64,000 nucleotides of DNA. Source: an uncultured Thermoplasmata archaeon. GTDB lineage: Archaea; Thermoplasmatota; Thermoplasmata; Lutacidiplasmatales; UBA184. The notes under the pieces are model-generated. The model saw only the letters and a list, made by a program, of their open reading frames with translations, ran no database searches and was not told the origin of the DNA. Positions within the stretch are counted from its first letter, which is position 1. Each line of letters starts with the position of its first letter. The stretch spans positions 1,208,545 to 1,272,544 of the forward strand of contig OY970259.1 in NCBI GenBank assembly GCA_963715645.1, read 5' to 3'. This document shows, one piece after another, positions 59,403-64,000 of this stretch. A program made the translations under genes and the position numbers.

Positions 59403-60178
59403 GGTGTCGCGCTCCGTCGTGGCACGACCGGGATAGCCGTCTCGATCATCTCGGCGTCCCAGAGCAGGATCCCCGGTGGGGACTCGGCCCCGGCCACGAA
59501 GCCGTACCAGTAGACCACGGCGCCCTCCCCGAAGAGCTCGGTGTACGGCGCGAGCTGACGTCGCAAGTTCTTCCGCAGCTCGACGTCGTCGCCGAAGTTC
59601 GCCTTCGACTCGATCCAGGCGAGCTTCTGGCCGTTGTGATGGATCGGTTCGTCGAGCAGGGCGTCCGGGGTCTTCGCGTACTTGCCGCGCAGGTCCTTCT
59701 CGGTCCGATACCCGATCCCGTGCTTCTCGAGCCACGTGGCGAGCCGCTCCTCGCCCTTGCGTCCGCGCTCCCGCTGGAGCTCCATGCCGTGGGGGGAGTA
59801 GATCCGGTCTGCGGCGAGGAGCTCCTCGACCTCCTTGCGGATCCTGTGGTCGGGGGCGGTCTCGGGGTGGAGGAACGTCCCCCACACTTTCTTACGCGGG
59901 ATGCCGAGCTCTCCGAGCATCTGCTGGCCCATCAGGACCGGAGGGAACTTCCACTCGCGCGCGATGTCCAGGATCGACCGGCCCTGCTTCCATTGATGGA
60001 CCAGCCGGGGGAGCTGGCGCTTCACCACGTAGAAACGCCGCGTCGCGTCGCGGGTGACCCGGTGGGTATGGATCACGAAGAGCAGCTCGGGGTCGAGATG
60101 CTCGGCATGCGCGATTCGTTTGACGTCCTCGTCGGTGACCAGGGAGTCATAGAGGCGCTGATAGGTCGCTCGGTCCAT
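59174..60178 (-). CDS. TPD-motif domain protein (CDIN1/C15orf41-like PD-(D/E)xK nuclease fold); 3' ~230 nt overlap hisS and are doubtful
   Basis: YAKTPDALLDEPI...LAWIESKANFGD...VVYWYGF matches the TPD-family core. Beyond about 59440 the translation becomes Arg/Ser/Pro-rich and antisense to hisS. Confidence 0.6.
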   Translation of the reverse strand: MDRATYQRLYDSLVTDEDVKRIAHAEHLDPELLFVIHTHRVTRDATRRFYVVKRQLPRLVHQWKQGRSILDIAREWKFPPVLMGQQMLGELGIPRKKVWGTFLHPETAPDHRIRKEVEELLAADRIYSPHGMELQRERGRKGEERLATWLEKHGIGYRTEKDLRGKYAKTPDALLDEPIHHNGQKLAWIESKANFGDDVELRKNLRRQLAPYTELFGEGAVVYWYGFVAGAESPPGILLWDAEMIETAIPVVPRRSATPHAGHPIVRSRSTITPGPTSFSPRINARRARRRPASLNCLDIERPSRSQSALRPARRSSWTSSIASGIRTASLTTT

Positions 60179-60239
60179 GGAAAAGCCGGAAACGGATACG
60201 CCCCGATGACCCGGCCGGGGACCATAAGGTTGGTGGCCG

Positions 60240-61049
60240 CTAGTCCCGCCAGTCGAGGCCGACCGTTCGAAGCCCCAATTTCGGGATCGGGGCGGCGCGC
60301 CGCTTGTGGCGGTTCAGGGCGACGCGTACGGCGAGGGCATGGACGGCGGGGAGGGGGATCCCCGTACGGGCGTGAACCTCCTCCTCGGTCCGGAGCTGTT
60401 CGAACCCGTACAGGACCCGGTCGATCTGCTCGTAGGGGAGGCCGATCTCTCCCTCGTCGGTTTGGCCTTCCCAGAACCCCGCGGTGGGGGGGCGATCCCG
60501 GACCGCCGCCGGGATTCCCAGCTCGTCGGCGAGGATGCGCACCTGGGTCTTGTAGAGGTCCCCGAGCGGCAGGACGTCCACCCCCCCGTCCCCGTACTTC
60601 GTGAAGTATCCCAGCAGAAGCTCGGACTTGTTCCCCGTCCCGAGGACGAGCCGTCCTCGCTCGCGGGCCAAAGCGTAGAGGACCGTCATTCGGAGCCGGG
60701 CGGTCATGTTGCCGAGGGTCACCCGGTCCCGTACCTCGGGCACCAAACCCTGTACCGCCGCTACCGCAGGCCCCAGCCGGAGGGTTCGGTGCTCGATCCC
60801 CAGCGATTCTGCGAACTCGCGGGTCTCCTTCAGGAGGGCGTCCGGATAGCCCGGGTCCGGGAGCAGCACGCCGAGGACCAGTTCCGGGCCGAGGGCGTCC
60901 CGGGCGAGCCGGGCGGTCACCGCGCTGTCCAGCCCGCCCGAGAGGCCCACGACCCCTCCCTGGCTCGTAGGCGGGCCGGCGTGAGCGCGCAGGAACTGAT
61001 GGATGGCGCCGATGGCGGTACGGGGGAGCGAGGGGGTGAGGTCGGTCAT
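60240..61049 (-). CDS. nadE: NH3-dependent NAD+ synthetase
   Basis: VVGLSGGLDSAVTARLA is the SGGxDS PP-loop. LGTGNKSELLLGYFTKYGDGG and PPTAGFWEGQTDEGEIG follow. I prefer the ATG at 61049 (MTDLTPSL), which overlaps the RaSEA stop. Confidence 0.9.
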   Translation of the reverse strand: MTDLTPSLPRTAIGAIHQFLRAHAGPPTSQGGVVGLSGGLDSAVTARLARDALGPELVLGVLLPDPGYPDALLKETREFAESLGIEHRTLRLGPAVAAVQGLVPEVRDRVTLGNMTARLRMTVLYALARERGRLVLGTGNKSELLLGYFTKYGDGGVDVLPLGDLYKTQVRILADELGIPAAVRDRPPTAGFWEGQTDEGEIGLPYEQIDRVLYGFEQLRTEEEVHARTGIPLPAVHALAVRVALNRHKRRAAPIPKLGLRTVGLDWRD

Positions 61050-62067
61050 GCTTCGACCCCCAGGGGCTCGAGGGCGAGGCGACGCCGCCATTCGTGCCGA
61101 CAGTCGCAGTCCAGGGCGTCAAGTCCTTGGAACTCCTGGAGCAGGGAGGCGTTCTCGATCGCCTCCAGGACCCGGGAATCGCACTGTTTGCAATTGTGCG
61201 GACCGCGGGGAAGTCCTCCCGCCGTCGGGAACGAGACGAGGCGGCTCGGGCCTCGCAGCGGAGCGCCCGCACGGAGGGTCTCGACGACCGACCAGAGCCA
61301 GGGAGGTCGGTAGCGTCCCCGGTGGGTACATCCACTCCACGACCGTCCCGTTCTGGATGTGGACCGGGTTCACAGAGAGGGCGTCGAAGTGGGGACTCGC
61401 CTCGACGATAGAGGCGAGAACGTCTCGGATCGCTTCACTCTCCGTCAGGTAGGGCGGCTTGAGCAGGAGGTAGGCCTTTGCGCGAAGGCCCAGGGCACGG
61501 ACCCGGTCCCCCGCGTCGAGGTATTCTCGGGGAGGCGCGTTCTTGTGGACCAGTCGTCCGAGCACGTCCGGGTGGGTCGATTCAAGGCCGAGGGCGACCT
61601 CGACCTCCCCCGAGAACGCCTCCCGGAGGGGCTCGAGCGTTTCCGACGTGGCGAACTCGGGGAGGGTCTCGAACAGGAGCCGGCGGGCCCTCCCCGAGAA
61701 CGCACGGACGAGGGCCGCACGACTGGCGGGGTCGACCTCCCGGTCGTCCAGGAAGCTCCCCGATGTGTAGACCTTCACGTACGGCTCTTCCTGGTATCGG
61801 GCGAGCGCCCGGTCGAGCTGTTCGGCGAGCTCGGCGGGGGTCGCCGAGCGGCCGAGAGTGTCCTTGGCGTAGCCGCACATCGAGCAACCCTTCTGGTCGG
61901 CCCAGTAGCAGCCTCGGGTGCGCAGGATCAGGACGAACGCCGACACTGGGTCGGAACCGATCGCCTCGCGTTCGACCCACTGGTTGACGTACCTTCGGGC
62001 ATCGGCGGGAGGGGCCGGATCCCGGCCGTCGCTCTCGCGCGACCGCGCGCGCCAACGATTCCGGCAT
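61046..62067 (-). CDS. Archaeosine biosynthesis radical-SAM protein RaSEA (frame switches near 62020 and 61320)
   Basis: LILRTRGCYWADQKGCSMCGY is the family's CxxxxxxxCxxC-type cluster motif. LESTHPDVL is also present. The C-terminal CKQCDSRVLEAIE...DCDCRHEW lies in another frame and ends at the nadE ATG (ATGA). Confidence 0.8.
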
Positions 62068-62768
62068 TATGTCTCCTCGAGCTCGACCTTGACCGTGTCG
62101 CCGTCCCGGACCCCCAGCGCCTCGCGGAGGCAGTCGGAGGCAACGAACTCGACAACGTCCTTGTAGTGGGTACGGTCGGGGTGGATCAGGTGGCACGCGT
62201 GCCCGTTCATTCGGGCAACGAAGCACGTGGCGCCCCCGAAAGTGCGGCCGCTCGCTTGGAACCCATCGATCCGCATCCCCGTCCAATGCGTGACCAAGTC
62301 GACCTTCCGTAGGGCCTCGGCAGTGACCCGAACGTTGAGGGTTCCCGGGTAGGGAGAGTAGCCCAAGCGTTCGGTGAATTGGACGACATAGCCCGGCTGG
62401 GAGAGGTAGTACCGGCCCTCCCCGAGCCCGCTCGCGACCTTTCCCTCGAACGTCAGGCGGGCCGGTCCCTCGAAGATCCGTCGGTACGCGTGGTACTCCG
62501 TGCGGAGGAGTTCGAGCGCCGCGGGCGTCAGCAGAAGCCGCTGGCGTCGTTGGGCGAGCGCGCGGGTGAGCAGGCCCCGGCGTTCGAGGGCCAATAGGTA
62601 GCGGTCGGCCGCCTGCTGGCTGACGCCGATCCGTTGGCCGACCTCACGGGAGGTCACGACCACGGCGGTGTGGTCCGCCCCGAGCTGCGCCAGGAGTCGA
62701 AGGACGGCGAGCGCTTCCCCCTTGGGCCGCGGCCGTGCGGGTTCCCGGGGCGTAGGCGAAGCGGGCAC
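62067..62768 (-). CDS. ribK: Archaeal CTP-dependent riboflavin kinase with N-terminal wHTH
   Basis: GKVASGLGEGRYYLSQPGYVVQF...YPGTLNVRV...HPDRTHY...GDTVKVEL is colinear with MJ0056-type RibK. Its stop overlaps the RaSEA ATG (TAATG). Confidence 0.85.
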   Translation of the reverse strand: MPASPTPREPARPRPKGEALAVLRLLAQLGADHTAVVVTSREVGQRIGVSQQAADRYLLALERRGLLTRALAQRRQRLLLTPAALELLRTEYHAYRRIFEGPARLTFEGKVASGLGEGRYYLSQPGYVVQFTERLGYSPYPGTLNVRVTAEALRKVDLVTHWTGMRIDGFQASGRTFGGATCFVARMNGHACHLIHPDRTHYKDVVEFVASDCLREALGVRDGDTVKVELEET

Positions 62769-62770
62769 GT

Positions 62771-63013
62771 TCAGGCCGGTTTCCCGGCCGCGCCCTGCGG
62801 GGAGTGAAGGGTCACGACGTTGGACCCGCGGAGGACCACGCGGCCGAGGTGACGGCTCATCTCCGCGGTCGTCTCGTCCGCCTCGTCGAGGACGAGGTTC
62901 ATGTGCTCGTCGACGCCCATCAGCTTCCCGGTGAGCTGTCGGGTGTCCTTCAGCAGCAAGGTCACCCGCTGCGAGACCAACCGTTCGACGAGGTGAGTCG
63001 GGTTGATTGCCAT
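62771..63013 (-). CDS. Sm-like archaeal protein (SmAP/LSm)
   Basis: VTLLLKDTRQLTGKLMGVDEHMNLVLDEADE...LGRVVLRGSNVVTL gives the Sm1 and Sm2 motifs. This is the 80-aa product from the internal ATG of track ORF 62771..63397. Confidence 0.85.
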   Translation of the reverse strand: MAINPTHLVERLVSQRVTLLLKDTRQLTGKLMGVDEHMNLVLDEADETTAEMSRHLGRVVLRGSNVVTLHSPQGAAGKPA

Positions 63014-63102
63014 CGACCCTACGACGGTCCTCGGCTCTTTAGGGTTTCCGGCAACCGCCCTTCCTCCCGTGAGGCTAAGGGTCGGGCTGGGTTCCGGGAC
63101 GC

Positions 63103-64000
63103 ATGAGCACCGCGCCGGTCGTGTCCAAGGGCCTCGACCATGTCGTCGTTGACCGCTCCTCCATCTCCTGGGTCGGCGGGGAGACCGGGGACCTGGTCTA
63201 CCGCGGGTACGACGTCCGGGACATCGTTCCGGGGATCCCGTACGAGTCGGCGGTCCACCTCCTCCTCTACGGGGATCCGCCGCTCGAGGACCCGTCGCCC
63301 GCGGTCGTCGCAGCGCTCCGCGAGCGCCACACGCCCTCCCCGCACGTCGAACGGGTCGTGGATGCCCTCCCCCCGGGGCTCGCTCCCTTGGAGGCACTGC
63401 GGACGATCCTCTCCGCGCTCGGTGACGGGAGCTTTGGGTATCCCCCGTCCCTCGAGGAGGGGTTCCGACTCATCGCCCAGACCCCGGTCCTGCTGGCCCG
63501 GCACGTACGGCGCTCGCAAGGCCAATCGACCATCCCACCCTCCCCGTACCTCTCCCATGCGGAGAACTACCTCACGATGGTCACTGGCCAGCGACCGAGT
63601 CCCACGCAGGTGCGCGCGCTGGAGTCGTACTTGGTCCTGCTCGCCGACCACGGAATGAACGCCTCGACATTCGTGCTCCGTATCGCCATCTCGACCCAGT
63701 CTGACCTCGCGAGCGCCGCCACGGCGGCGCTCGCGACCCTGAAAGGGCCGATCCACGGGGGTGCCCCGAGCAAGGTGTCGGAGATGCTGGACGCCGTGGG
63801 TTCCATCGAGCGGGCCGACGCCTGGATCGCCGAGAGGCTGGCCCGAAAGGAGGTGCTCTTCGGGTTCGGCCACCGGGCCTACAAGACCGAGGACCCGCGG
63901 GGGGTGGTCCTGCACCGTATCGCAAAGGATGTCGCCGAACCGGGGCGGCTGCGATTGGCCGAGGCCGTCGAGCAGAGCGCCCTCGCGGCCTTGCGGGCCG
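63103..64000 (+). CDS. gltA: Citrate synthase (or 2-methylcitrate synthase), 3' end outside the window; absent from the ORF track because it has no stop
   Basis: My translation from ATG 63103 reads MSTAPVVSKGLDHVVVDRSSISWVGGETGDLVYRGYDV...LLADHGMNASTF...LKGPIHGGAP...LFGFGHRAYKTEDPR. These are citrate synthase signatures. Confidence 0.85.
   Translation, partial: MSTAPVVSKGLDHVVVDRSSISWVGGETGDLVYRGYDVRDIVPGIPYESAVHLLLYGDPPLEDPSPAVVAALRERHTPSPHVERVVDALPPGLAPLEALRTILSALGDGSFGYPPSLEEGFRLIAQTPVLLARHVRRSQGQSTIPPSPYLSHAENYLTMVTGQRPSPTQVRALESYLVLLADHGMNASTFVLRIAISTQSDLASAATAALATLKGPIHGGAPSKVSEMLDAVGSIERADAWIAERLARKEVLFGFGHRAYKTEDPRGVVLHRIAKDVAEPGRLRLAEAVEQSALAALRA

Noticed and set aside
1-64000. CRISPR arrays, rRNA genes and tRNA genes
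   Set aside because: I saw no regularly spaced 25-40-nt direct repeats anywhere. No intergenic region gave a cloverleaf, including 7823-8161, 8943-9235, 10020-10156 and 49098-49322. No rRNA-like conserved stretches were seen. Without a search tool, small RNAs could still be missed.
1-64000. Programmed ribosomal frameshifting, or Sec/Pyl recoding, as the explanation for the broken genes (for example TGA at 43103-43105 inside hdrA2, given that some HdrA proteins contain selenocysteine)
   Set aside because: The switches occur in both directions and in unrelated genes, without shared slippery heptamers. They are often at simple homopolymers. The TGA at 43103 is not in the frame that carries the conserved sequence on both sides.

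Overview
High-G+C archaeal chromosomal segment. Hand counts on single 60-nt lines gave about 63-78% G+C after 9.3 kb. Gene content looks Thermoplasmata-like: TiaS, RaSEA, CTP-dependent riboflavin kinase, Sm-like protein, thermopsin-like protease, tricorn-factor-like M1 aminopeptidase, and AT-rich TATA-like boxes just upstream of many starts.

Layout:
(1) 1-9.2 kb: a lower-G+C (about 50-58% on sampled lines) glycan-biosynthesis island with GT1, GT2, three methyltransferases and a DUF2079-like membrane protein.
(2) 10.1-18.3 kb: an integrase-associated toxin-antitoxin island. It holds 2x VapBC, HepT/MntA, 2x RelE-type pairs plus a duplicated remnant, one intact tyrosine recombinase, two recombinase remnants, and a 95-nt element with terminal inverted repeats.
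(3) 18.4-26.5 kb: a large secreted adhesin-like protein, a HAD hydrolase and a MacB-type ABC exporter.
(4) 26.8-29.9 kb: a second defence islet (HepT/MntA, AbiEi/AbiEii).
(5) 30-38 kb: OppC-like permease, M1 aminopeptidase, FMN-dependent hydroxyacid oxidase, MFS transporter, OsmC-like protein plus methyltransferase.
(6) 38.3-45.8 kb: the most interesting locus. It runs DsrE - TusA - MvhD-like - HdrA carrying a nested GltD/NfnB-like NAD(P)H module - second HdrA - small wHTH - HdrC - HdrB.
(7) 45.9-64 kb: housekeeping genes (tmk, 2-oxoacid:ferredoxin oxidoreductase, tiaS, hisS, nadE, RaSEA, ribK, SmAP, citrate synthase) plus a thermopsin-like protease.

Major caveat: by hand I count roughly 50 places where a recognisable protein continues in another reading frame. 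Several that I checked sit at short homopolymers, and essential genes are affected. I therefore merged ORF-track fragments into single genes and regard most disruptions as probable sequence indel errors. No rRNA, tRNA or CRISPR array could be supported.
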